DNA of 64,000 nt. Source: Blasia pusilla (Eukaryota). Under the pieces are notes generated by a model. The model did not search any database. It saw only the letters and a program-made list of their open reading frames with translations, and was not told the DNA's origin. Each line of letters begins with the position of its first letter. The first letter of the stretch is position 1. The position numbers were made by a program, and so were the translations under genes. The stretch spans positions 38,626,001 to 38,690,000 of the forward strand of contig CM114271.1 of assembly GCA_050084515.1 (NCBI GenBank), written 5' to 3'. Of the stretch, positions 37,003-48,158 are shown one piece after another.

Positions 37003-39329
37003 TTACTATAGTGATCGAAACACCTTTATATATGAAATGACATTGAAAAACCAAAATAAAAGAGGAATCCCTTATGTAAATTTGCTTTATTTCCCTTTAT
37101 ATGGTTTTCCACAGAGGAAACTTCAAGATGGAGAGGAATCACTTGTCTAGGGAAATCCTTCTTTCCCACTCCTATTGGTGCTTCAAAACTTTACTTTTCT
37201 TCACTCCATTATTGGATGAGGGAAAAAGGTCAAGATAAAGTGCATCAACCTTCTTTGGATCCATCTCAATTTTGAGTTCAATGCAAATGAAAATCTTCTA
37301 GAGATGTGCAAATGGGGGTTATTGCTCCCATAAATCAAAATAAATCCTGCCATATTGAGCATGTAAACCTTTTCTTGGATATATTTTTTCTTGGGCATAA
37401 CAAGCCACACCTTAAGGAATATTTGCAAGTGCACCAATTTTCTTCATTGTAAAATTTCAAAATACACAAGAATTATCAAAGGAAGTAATTCACATCGTTC
37501 CTTCGGGGTTCTTTGGTCAAACATTTATAGCCCATGAACCTAGTAAGTGGCTCTCCCATTTTGTGAGGAAATTTCCACTAGCAATTCTCTCTCCATTGGC
37601 CGCACCTCTACTTGATCTTGTTGGTTCTCTATCTAGAGAAGTGCTTACATCTAAGATCTTTATCTATTTCATACAAAAATCCCATATTTTTTAATAACCC
37701 CTGGTCCCTTATCGAGAGATGCAAGGCCTAGGAATGTAACAAGATTTGTACCAACACTAAAACAAAGTAGTCGATGGAATATAGAAATATGGCATGAATG
37801 AGGCGTAACCCTTGGAGAGCAGTGTATATTAAGATCATGCTCCTTATCCAAGTTTATGGTGACTTTGAGTTGGGACTTTTGTGACTATAGATCATGCAAG
37901 TCCATTGCGAGAGAACTAAAATCCGACTCTCCTTTGTGAGTGTAAGTTGATTTGCAAGTCCTAGTAGTCGTATCAAAATTGCGACTATGAAGACTTATAA
38001 GTGGTTTGTAACGATTTTGAATGTGTAACTTACAAATTACTCATAAAAGAGTGTTACGAGACTCGTACTTTGCACCCATTGGGAGTTTTCTTTATACACA
38101 TACTTCATTTGCATGTAACTTGACGAGGAGTTGATGCTCCTCATGGGGGTACAAGGGGTCAGACGCACTCAACTCTAACTATACCATCTCCTAAGGGGGG
38201 GTAGGACGTCCCAATGGTGCCTTGAGAAAGAGAGTCGATGGAAGTTGATGACGTAGTCGTGGCTCTTGTATCAAAGCAAATTGTAGACAATCATTGTTTT
38301 GACCGAATTTGGTGCACTGATGATGTCAATAATGAAGAATTGTTTTCTCCTAGTTATATGCAATAGAGGCTAGGTGTGCATGTATATGTGTGAGATCACA
38401 TAACCTCTATAAGATGTTGCTCATGCTCCTCACTTGTGGAATTGAAGACTATGAAGTAGTCAATATAACATATAGAAAAATTCAAACATATCAAAATCTT
38501 ATACATGACTTTCTAAAACTCCGTCGAGGGATCTTTGATTCGAATGGTAAGAATTGACATTGGTGTAAATACGTTCTTCCCTCACTCCCCCACTTCTTGA
38601 AACTAGACTTTGGGCTAATTTGCCTATCTTGTCTATGCCACTATCTACTAGTGAACCTACTCCTTGATCCTTAAAGATGTCTCTAGGCTTTCACCATGAT
38701 TGTGACCAATTTTGTTCCCGCGACTTGCTAATTGCTCACTATTGTCCTAGAGAGTCTAAGATTTTTGATCTTTTGATTAATACGGCCCTTTCAATCACTC
38801 TTCATTTTTCTTTCTTTTCATCTAATTTATCCACGTGTCCTCCACACATGTTTGATACTTATTCCCCTCAAAGGGCCGTACGTTGGTTTACTATTGCCAT
38901 TGAATGTCTCATAAAATACGAAACGACTGTAACCCCGGCGTAATATAGTCGAGGTTACGCATGGTACTAGCTCGAAGGTTCTACCCCTTTGATCCTCTAC
39001 CATAATCCTCTTTCATGTCCCGTGGAGCATGCACATGTTAGTTATTTCATATTCTATGGGACGTTTTATTTGGGAATCCTTTGAAAAGAAGAAAGAAATT
39101 AGTTATCAAACATGTGTCTTCACACATGGATAGGTTGCCAAAAAAGATTAGTGCGTGTGAGGGCTGTAATTATAATTGGGCTTAAATTAAAATCCAAAGA
39201 TGATATAAAAAATATTACATTTGGCTTTGCTGAAAATCAGAAAATGCAAAAAGCTTGAGATTCTTTGAAAATGACAGAAAAAAAGTCGCTGGGGAAGTTT
39301 GACTAAAAGACGCATTGACTAGCGATCGG

Positions 39330-39800
39330 TCCGACACGTGTAGAATCCTAAGGAGTAGGTCTGATTGAATGGGAGTAGAATCCCTCGGTAAACGCGTCGG
39401 GACTCTAGACCCTACACCCTACCCTAGACTCTACAAGAACATTTACACTGCGGGTCAATACCTCCGGTGGTAACAGTAACAATAAGTACAGGTCATAATT
39501 TCGGGCGTGAAAGTTGATTCGTTCGTTCGGTCGCAGAGTGCACTGTGGAGCGGCGATCTCCCGGCCTCGCCTCCCCGGGCAGGACTGCGGCCCTGCCCGC
39601 CCTGCAACCGCCCGGGCCGGCGCGGGTCGCCGGGCAGCCGCAGTCCTGGGAATCGCCGCTACTGGCAACCCAGGGTCCCCTGACGTGTCCTTCCGGACGC
39701 CGAGCGAGACGACGGGAGCGGAGCGGAGGGAGGGAGGGAGGGAGTCCGACGGAGGCGGGGGAGGGGAGAGAGAGAGAGAGCGAGACAGAGAGAAGAAACA
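39330..39800 (+). promoter_or_regulatory. GC/CpG-rich promoter and 5' region of the F-box/MYND gene, with a GA repeat and ACGT boxes
   Basis: Sharp rise in GC and CpG; (GA)n tract about 39765-39795; ACACGTGT at about 39334; TGACGTGTC at about 39681. Confidence 0.55.
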
Positions 39801-40045
39801 TGGCGAGCGTTGATGGAGCGAAGGTGCTGCTGTAATTCGTTTGCCGATGCGCCACGTTTCCTGCGCCGAAATTGTACCTTGGGGGCTACGGAACGTCCTT
39901 GAGTGAGGCGAGGGTTGTGTGATATGCAGTTTTTGTTGTTCGGGAGAAGAGGAGGACGGGGGTTATATCGTGGCGAAGAAATTTCTCAAGATTCCGCACA
40001 CAATATTTCGCTGGACGGGAGAGGAGAAGGGGAGAAGTTTTAGAC

Positions 40046-40645
40046 ATGGTAATGTCCACCCTCCCAATACGGGAAGAGTGTGGGGCGGTCTTTAAGGTGA
40101 GTTCGGTTTCGTCGAGATCTCATATCCAGTCGTTTCGTAGCGTCTGTACAGCTGAGTTTTGTCAGTGCGCGTCTCGGGAATGGCTCTGGGACCGCGATTT
40201 TCCGAGGAGAATCTCCTACGCTCACAGTAAATGACCCCCTTAGTGTGATTTGCAACCGTCCAGTGTTGGAAGATCTCTTCGAACTGAAGAGAAGCCCGTT
40301 GTTGAAACAAAGCCCGACGTAAGTTCCAACTGTACGGGTTTAGCGCTGTGGTCACACCTCGATTCAGGTCAGGAGACGAAGGCGTAGAGAGTTTTGCTGT
40401 CTCCCCCCAGTCTATCGCTGCAGTAAGTCAGGAAGATGTAGATTATGAGCTTCCTCTGGGGGAATCGATCACTTGAGTACGGCGTACCTTATGAATCTGT
40501 TGTGAACTGGCTGTTGATGCGACGGTGTGTTATGACCTTTCAGGGTGTACAGCGCAGAAAAGAAATTGTCATGGGTCTCAGAAGTGTCAACATGGTGGTG
40601 CCACCCCACTCCGGTGATCTCTTGCTAAATGAGCTACCGATCTGA
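40046..40645 (+). CDS. Candidate spliced upstream ORF (54 aa; exons 40046-40096, 40411-40422, 40544-40645)
   Basis: Splice signals AAG|GTGAGT, TGTCTCCCCCCAG|, CA|GTAAGT and CCTTTCAG|, all phase 0. Product MVMSTLPIREECGAVFK-SIAA-GVQRRKEIVMGLRSVNMVVPPHSGDLLLNELPI. Confidence 0.45.
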
Positions 40646-40863
40646 ACAGCTCTTCGAGTTCGTACACAGAAGAAGGCTTGGGGATGGCTTTCGGGTCGCC
40701 AAAGACCGCACGCGTAAGGAAATCGACCAGCCAAGAAGCGGTTCGCCATGGTTGTTTTTTGGGAAACTCATGAATTTGCCGACTGACGTATCTAGACGCG
40801 TAGTCGCCAGGAAGCTACTCAAGGCTTCTAAAGCTACCGAGATAATGACGAAAATTTTGTAGT

Positions 40864-43800
40864 ATGTCCCCTCCGTCTCTTGCAATGATGAGTATCAGAA
40901 TGGAATGTTATCTATCGGCTCCCGAGGGAACTATAAACAGTAGCAAGTTTCAACAAAGGAAAAGGCGATCGGGAGACACTGGGCTCCATGGGAAAACCAC
41001 GAGAATAACCCAGGCGCCAAGCTTCAAAAAATGTCAAGTGAACGGTTTCGATTCACTTCCGGAAGACTTGCTCATCAATATCCTCACAGCGGTCGCTTCC
41101 ACGGCTTCTTCGCCGGCGGATCTTTTCAATGCTATGCTGACGTAGGTTCTCGTGTGCTTCATCTGATTCCTAACCTTCGGCCTCTCTTTCTGGATTGAAA
41201 CCGTGGTTGTTTCACGACCTGACGATGTAGGCGTTTTGGTACGATGATCATCGCCATGAGCATGTCAATGCCTTGAAGCTTTCACCAGAAGTATGGGTTC
41301 GTCGGCTAATTCCTGTTTCGTTCGTGTATTTGCGGACATCGGAGTTGTTGCCAGATCGCTTTCTTAACAATTATTTCCAGGATTACTTAGTAGAGAACAC
41401 CGGGTGCCATCGATGGTAATGCAGATGGCGTGGATCATAAGCGTGTAAACCTTCGCGATTGGTCTGGTTTAGCTGTCACGTTGCACTACGATATGAGGCC
41501 ATGCGTTGAAATCTGCTCCGTACCTCAAACAGAGACTGTGCGGATTGTAATTAAGTGGGTTAGAGAGGTGCAACGTACAGATTTGTCACAAGATCTTTTG
41601 CCCTGGTTTTGGAAAAGCAGGTGCCGGAGGTTCTTGGAAGCCACGAAACATCCGCAGGTCCTGTCAAATGCATCCTCTGGTGCCCTGGCCGTGAAAGCGG
41701 CTAGCTGGACGGATGGAGCTGATCGCTTTTTGAGGCAATGCGCAGATGCAGGAAATACTGAGGCTTGTTATTCGCTTGGCATGGTCAGTTGGTTTCCTCC
41801 CGGTCCTGTCGCTTCCCTAGATTTCAAGAAGCTGACTTTTGTGTGAGGACGAGTGAATGATTCTGTATCGAGGCTCATGTTTTACCTCTCGACTTTCGTG
41901 CTCGTGTGGTGGTCTCGTGGTCGTTTGCTGCTGTCTGTAAATTCCATTTCTTACTTCTGAATTTTCCTTCCAAATGGGATCATATTCGACTTGACTGGGC
42001 CTTTACAGCTCTGGATTGCTCTTTTTGAGTCACTGAACTGCTCAGATAGATTTTTCAGGGTATATTAGGCGTTTAAGTGAACCTGTAGCCAGCAGAGCGT
42101 CACAGCACATGGTCGTTCCTGCCAACTTTAGACTCTGCGCGTGAAGATGTTTCCCAGCTAGCACCGCAGTATACACACTGTGACTGATTGCCTGAGTTTC
42201 TGAGGAGTGGTGGACGTCGCATACGAAGTTGTGTTTACTTGCCACAGGTCTCTGGGTGGCTCTGATTGTCATAGACTTCTCTTTGCGATAGCGAGCGTCA
42301 GGATGTTTTTAGTTTCGCATTGCTCAGGCTACTCAGGCCTTAATTCTAATCTCGGTTCATACACCATCTTTCTACGAACTATGAATTTTACGTCTTCTTT
42401 CCTGTGGGCCTTTCAAGGTTTGTAAACTGCAGTCCGTTCTAGCAGATGTTATTCTATGGCGATGCAGCGAACATAACCCCTTTCAAAGTTTCTGTTCTTA
42501 ATGTCGTGGTGGAATTAGATGTAGAAATTACCTCTCTCTCTGACTTGCCATTATTCGGAGACCACTCTGCATGATAGAAAGTTTACATTTCCTCTCCCGT
42601 TTTGATTGAATTTTGTGTCTGTTCTCTATCTCGTGCAAGGAGAGGGTACCATATGTGACTTTTTGGCAATCTGATCCCAGCCTCAGTTCCTCTCAAGTTT
42701 CAAATGTCTTGACAACAGTAATCAAGGAGTTCAACTTGGAATGTAGTGGAAGTTGAACTCGTGGTTCTCAGATCGCTAGTGGGAACTGAATCTCGTAATT
42801 GTACTTGGGAGGGGCCCTGAAGAAATCGCAGTGTATATAGTTGGGAAATTTGATGGTCTAGCTTTGGTGGATGAGACTGACGAGTTTGGCGTCCATAGAG
42901 TGTACTGCAATCTTCGTATGAATCTCTGAGAGTGTGGAATGCTGAGGTGCTCCTGGTTCCATGGTGGCACTCTTCAATGAGTACTCGCTGACGGCAGTGT
43001 GCTAAATAACTGTACTGAAAGGTTTCTGAAGCTGGTCCTTCTGTTCCAGTCAGGAAAGAAAGGTTCAGAACTTGGATATTGTGCTGTTCTTCCCAGCTAG
43101 GAAGTTACGTGGTGGACTTTCATGTAGCTGAGCTGGTGTCTTTCAAATGCAGATTCGCTTCTACTGTTTGAGGGCTAGAAAGGCGGGTGCCTCCCTGATG
43201 GCAAAAGCAGCTATGAAATCTCATTCTGCTGCTCTGCACTCACTAGCTGTGATCCAGTTCAATGGGAGTGGAGGCACACGGAAGGACAAAGACTTAAAGG
43301 CAGGCGTTGCTCTGTGTGTCAGGGCTGCAACTCTTGGTCATGTGGATGCGATGAGGGAACTGGGTCACTGTCTGCAGGATGGTTATGGAATTTCAAAGAA
43401 CCTAGGCCATGGACGGCGTCTTTTGCTTGAAGCAAATGCCAGAGAAGCCGCGGCTGCTGTTGTTGCTTCTCCTACGGAAACTGCTTTGCAATTTACAGCT
43501 GCCGGCATGGGAGTAGGGTGCTCTCAAGTCCATCAGTCTGTGCCAGCTAACACTGTACCTGAGTCTCTGCAGAGAACCATCACAGATCAAAGTGGGCCTA
43601 CTGGAATTGAAGCAATAGAGAATCAGCAAATGTACAAACTTCTTCATGGGGGTAGCGGTTCACTCCTCAGTGACTTTGGCTGTATGGTCCCATCTCCCAA
43701 GTTGCATATTGCGAACAATTTCCTAGTGGATTGGTTTGCCTCGAAACCCCCAGAATCTGGCTTGCGTCTCTGTTCTCATATCCATTGTGGCCGACCCGAG

Positions 43801-43995
43801 ACTAGAAGACATGAATTTAGGCGGTGCTCTGCTTGTGGAAGTGTGAACTACTGTTCACGGGCTTGCCAAGCCCTTGACTGGAAAATTGTGCACAAGTATC
43901 GTTGTCATCCTGTTGCGGATTGGGGTGATCGACAAGATGACAACGATGTGGAAGAAGATGATGCAATGGCCTTTGAGGGTGTCGAAGCTTCCTAA
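40864..43995 (+). CDS. F-box / Sel1-like repeat / MYND zinc-finger protein (At1g67340/At5g50450-like), ~427 aa
   Basis: Exons 40864-41141, 41621-41783, 43153-43995 with GT-AG introns, frame-consistent (1284 nt). F-box FDSLPEDLLINIL; Sel1-like AGNTEACYSLGMIRFYC and GHVDAMRELGHCLQDGYG; MYND CSHIHCGRPETRRHEFRRCSACGSVNYCSRACQALDWKIVHKYRC. Start codon uncertain because several in-frame ATGs follow 40864. Confidence 0.93.
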
Positions 43996-46900
43996 GAAGC
44001 CGAGTCTGAGAATCAAGGGTGATGATAAACAATTTACATCCACACATTACTTGCCGCATATTGAATCTCCCTTAGGATGGGAGAGTGATGCTGGGATGCA
44101 TGCGGTATGCATTTGGGGCACCTTATAGGGTATTTTCTTCCTTACATCCTAGGTTCCCTGCGTGCTGTTTCTGTTTTTTTTTTTCTTCTGTTTGTCCTTC
44201 TGGATCGTAGGAAGATTTTCAATCTGGATCAGTGGGATAATGATGTAATTGCCAGTGAGGTTGAAAGGGTGTAGTGTCTTGTGTTGCTTGGTGTGAAGCG
44301 CATAAGATTGTGGTCCACTGGCGGTATGGGCGGTGGATAGAGGAGAGGTCGACAATGCATTTTTGCTGGTTTGAACATGTGGCTGATTGGGCAAGTGCCT
44401 GAAAAGCAGGCGATTTAGATCGGTCAGCAGTGGGCAAGGTGTCTGAGGTACTGCCGCAAGGTTTTGGCTCATTCTGACCTGGTCAGGAGCAGTTAGCGAA
44501 TCTGGACATCCTCTTCATCCTAAAGGTGTCCAACCTTTGGATAGAGGTTTTGCCTGAATAGTCTGACTTACACCGTGCAGGTGCGCGGTGTGGGGTATTG
44601 GTAGTGTCTATTACAAATAGTCTGAAAGAAGTTAGCTTCCAGGAGTTAGCAAGCCGGTGGTCAATTTGCATGCTGCAAAGAGACAGCTTGCTAGAAAGTT
44701 TCTGCCAAACAGAAATTCTCTACTCGCACTGAGCTGTGATTCTGGGTGCGAAAATGGATTTCAGGAGCAGGAAGATGTGTGTAGAGGGGCCCTATATGTT
44801 GGCCCGATCGTTCGTGGTTGAAGCAAACATCCAATTTGGGAGACTCGTTGGCTTTTAGAAAGTACGCAGGTCTCCATGTACTTTATAATTTGATGACGAA
44901 ACTTTATCTGCTTATGTCTCGTGCCGTCCCGGGTAGTAATACCCGTTCTATGATGGAGGTTGCCATTTGTCTCCCTTCGGAATTTGTATTATGTCTGGAG
45001 TCGCCAAAAGGTTGTGTTGGAAGCTGAAGTCAGTCTTGTGGATGCCTGGGAAGAATATATCCTACCCAGTATAATAACCCGCCCAATGAAAGCTTTATAG
45101 TCGGGAGAAAATGTGGGCAGCATTTGAATGAGACGAAGTGGAGTTGTAAAGGTGGGCACTTCTACCGGATGTCAGGGCCAAAAGGTGGCTGGTTATTGAG
45201 TACGATCATGATGCAACCGTCCGCATCTCTCTATAATCAACGTGGGTACGTATTAATCGGGGAAACGTAACTTTGGTAAGGAACTAAAATTATAATATAA
45301 ATAATCGAGCACATGATAGAAAATGGGTATATCATGTGAAAAAGTAATCAGTCTATGAGCACATCCGCGACGGACAGTACGATACCGGAAGTGAACTTCC
45401 GGTCTGAGAAAATTGGCCGTCCCATGAGCACATAATAATAGGGCACGCGACGCATAGAAGAAGGCGACGGGCAACGGTTTGGTTAGGGCGGGCAAAGAGC
45501 ATGGGAATTCAAGAGGTCCTCAGAAGCATGGATGGCCGACTGGGAAGATTGGTCGGCGACGATGGGTGAGAGCGCTCGCGATACAGAAAGGTCTGAAGCG
45601 ATGCTCGCCAGACGCGGAGGTCTGCAACACATGGTTCCATCTCCACCGACGTCGCCGTCATCGTCCCCGAGAACACGGAGGCCGGCGTCCAATCGGCGAG
45701 CCGCTGGTGTCGAACAAGTGAGCCTCGTGCCTGCCGGCTGCTACGGCAATCTGACCGACACGTGAAACGCTGCATTAAAATAGTGAGAGACTGGGAGTGG
45801 CCCGGTACTGTCAGCCGAAAGCCACGCGAGAGCGAGGAGCGAGGAACTTTCCTCCCTCGCAAAAGGCAACGAGCGCAGCATGCTGGGTCGACATCGGGGC
45901 CATAACATCTGACCGTCTCTCCCCCCTTCAGCTGTGGCCCCATTGCTGCGTCCGAGAGATTGTCATTATCCATCCAGCATGGAGACCATCGCCTCGTTCG
46001 TTCGATCGTCCCCTCCCTTGTGGCGCCGTAGCTTCGATGGCGCCAGGCCCCGCTGCTCCTCGTTCTGTCTGGATCGCACAAACAAACAAGCCAAAGAACT
46101 CCCACAAGTCTTGCGGCCCGTGCCTGCGCAGGACTGGTCGGTCAGGTAGACGCCCAATCTGCTTCCCGCAGGCCGACGTCCATCTGCTCGCACTCTGCAA
46201 CGAACAATAGATTGGAGATTAATAAGGATCACCTCCACCAGTGCCGCGACTCCGTGCGCCCCCACTAGCTCCCCCGCAGATTTGCGGGCACTCCGCAACA
46301 ACAATCTCCTCCAACCACAGCGGCGACTCACTTCCCGGGAGTGCAACGTCCAAGACGCAATCATTCCTGGTTGAAGGAGGCAAATACGTTTTTCTACCGC
46401 GGAGAGATCTTACGTCTCATTGACCAACCACACGATTCTCGGTTGCGTCTGGCAGTTTCTATTCATTTATCTGTCTAAAAAAAGAGAAAAGCACTCTACT
46501 TTCTCTGTGTGGTTCACGCACTCGGTGATGGAAGTCGCCTCCACTGTGCGGCTTCGGATTGGGTTCGGCAGAGTGACTGCGAGTTCGAGGATATCGAAAC
46601 AATCAATCTATGAAACTTCAGACTCGGAGAAGTATACTTCAAATCGCTGTAAGCAATGGCGTAAGTTTACTGCGAGATCGTATTATTTGTCTGTCTGATC
46701 ATTGGTGGACTATTACTCGCTGAGGACAAGAGCCTGTTCTACCAATCTGCGCTTTTCTCTAAAATCTCTGTGATCACTGTTTACTACCCATTCTTCGTCA
46801 TGAACTGCCGCATCTCAGACGGATTGCGCACGCTCTCCGGTATCTGTATGGACCAACACGCGGACTAGATAGGGGACTCGAGCATGACTGCGTAGGTCGC

Positions 46901-47937
46901 TGGAGACCTGCTGCCCACGAAGACCTGGAGAGTGTTCCTGGGAATGGATCGCCGGATATTGCCTCGGACTAGGGGAGGCGAGAGCCGCACCAGGCCACAC
47001 GTGCCTTTTTCGTTCGGGTCGTTAGGTTATCATGTGGAAGGAGCAGGGGAGGACTGGGAACACGCTGAGACTCAAATTGGACTGGTCATCTCGAGCAGCT
47101 TTTGGAAAACGGAATTCCGCAGATTTGGGCACGAGAAGCGAGACTTCAGAGTTGGGAGAAGCTTCTTCAGGAAGAGAAAGGATGGGTCTCTGGCGGGTGG
47201 AAGGAGTTTTGGAGTTCAACATCGAGCGACGTAGGATCGCTCCGGTCCTCGCGCAGGTTGTCGACCGAGATAGCGTCATATGCTGGACGTGCATGGCTGG
47301 CCCGGCATGCGAAGTGCGAGTCCGGTAGTTTTTCATGGATAAGGTTGACAATGCCTCACGGATGCTGCCTATCGAGTAAGCTATCGGTCATTATGCGTAC
47401 CTTAGAATCTCCCCCGTGGAGAGCCCTTGCTCACGCATGAAGCTGCCAGAGCTGAGGCTTTAATCGACTTTGGGAAATCTACCGGGACGCTTGGTTCGGG
47501 AACCGTGGTGGTTCCATTGGAATGCCACAATCAACGGTACCAAGCATAACCTGCAGCTCTCTGGGAACTTACGCATGTAGCTGACACGAAAGAACTGCCC
47601 TCCATAGTCTGGAAGTGACATCGGAGGATATACTACGAAGAGGCGAATCATAGTTAAGTCATTGGGCCTGACTCGTCTGGAAAATGCTGGTTCACTGCAT
47701 TTGCATGCAACAGTCGGGGAAAATACCATTTTCAAGCTGATACGAATCGGTCTTCACCGTAGATGTTGACATGCATTCAAAGTTTGTGGCTACTGAGATT
47801 AAGTTCACACTCAGAAACCGCACATGGTACCACTGCAATCCTCCTGGACGGCACCGCTTTTCTGTCAGAAACTAGCAGGGAAGCACTAAAGCCTCACACA
47901 CTCCACTGAAATCTATGGTAAATGGTGATCAGCTCTT

Positions 47938-47957
47938 CAGGGTTTAGGGTTTAGGGT
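47938..47957. repeat. Short interstitial plant telomere repeat / telo-box
   Basis: CAGGGTTTAGGGTTTAGGGT. Confidence 0.6.
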
Positions 47958-48158
47958 CCAACTAGCGATTCTTGTAAGCGCTTTGTGCACCCCAATTCAA
48001 CCTAAAAGAGTTAGGATGCAGGTGGGACATTCCTCTTATTTTCCTTCTCATCATCTATCACTTCGTGTGTAAGCATTAGTAGTGATACAATGTGGAACTT
48101 TGACAGTGTTTCTTCAATGTCTTACACAATGTACATTAAACATGGCAAGAGTCTCACT

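Noticed and set aside
37201-37437. Possible gypsy gag remnant (IYGSNNPHLHI)
   Set aside because: Too degenerate to support; no adjacent pol motifs or LTR identified.
39405-39855. Overlapping ORFs in the GC-rich promoter region
   Set aside because: Low-complexity products of GC and GA repeats with non-ATG or weak starts.
40046-40863. Upstream exons as an N-terminal extension of the F-box protein
   Set aside because: The donors are phase 0, but the 40544 exon hits a stop at 40643 and the 40863 acceptor is out of frame with the main ORF.
45509-46105. 198-aa minus-strand ORF as a gene
   Set aside because: Long ORFs occur in several frames here because of high GC, and it shows no recognisable domain.
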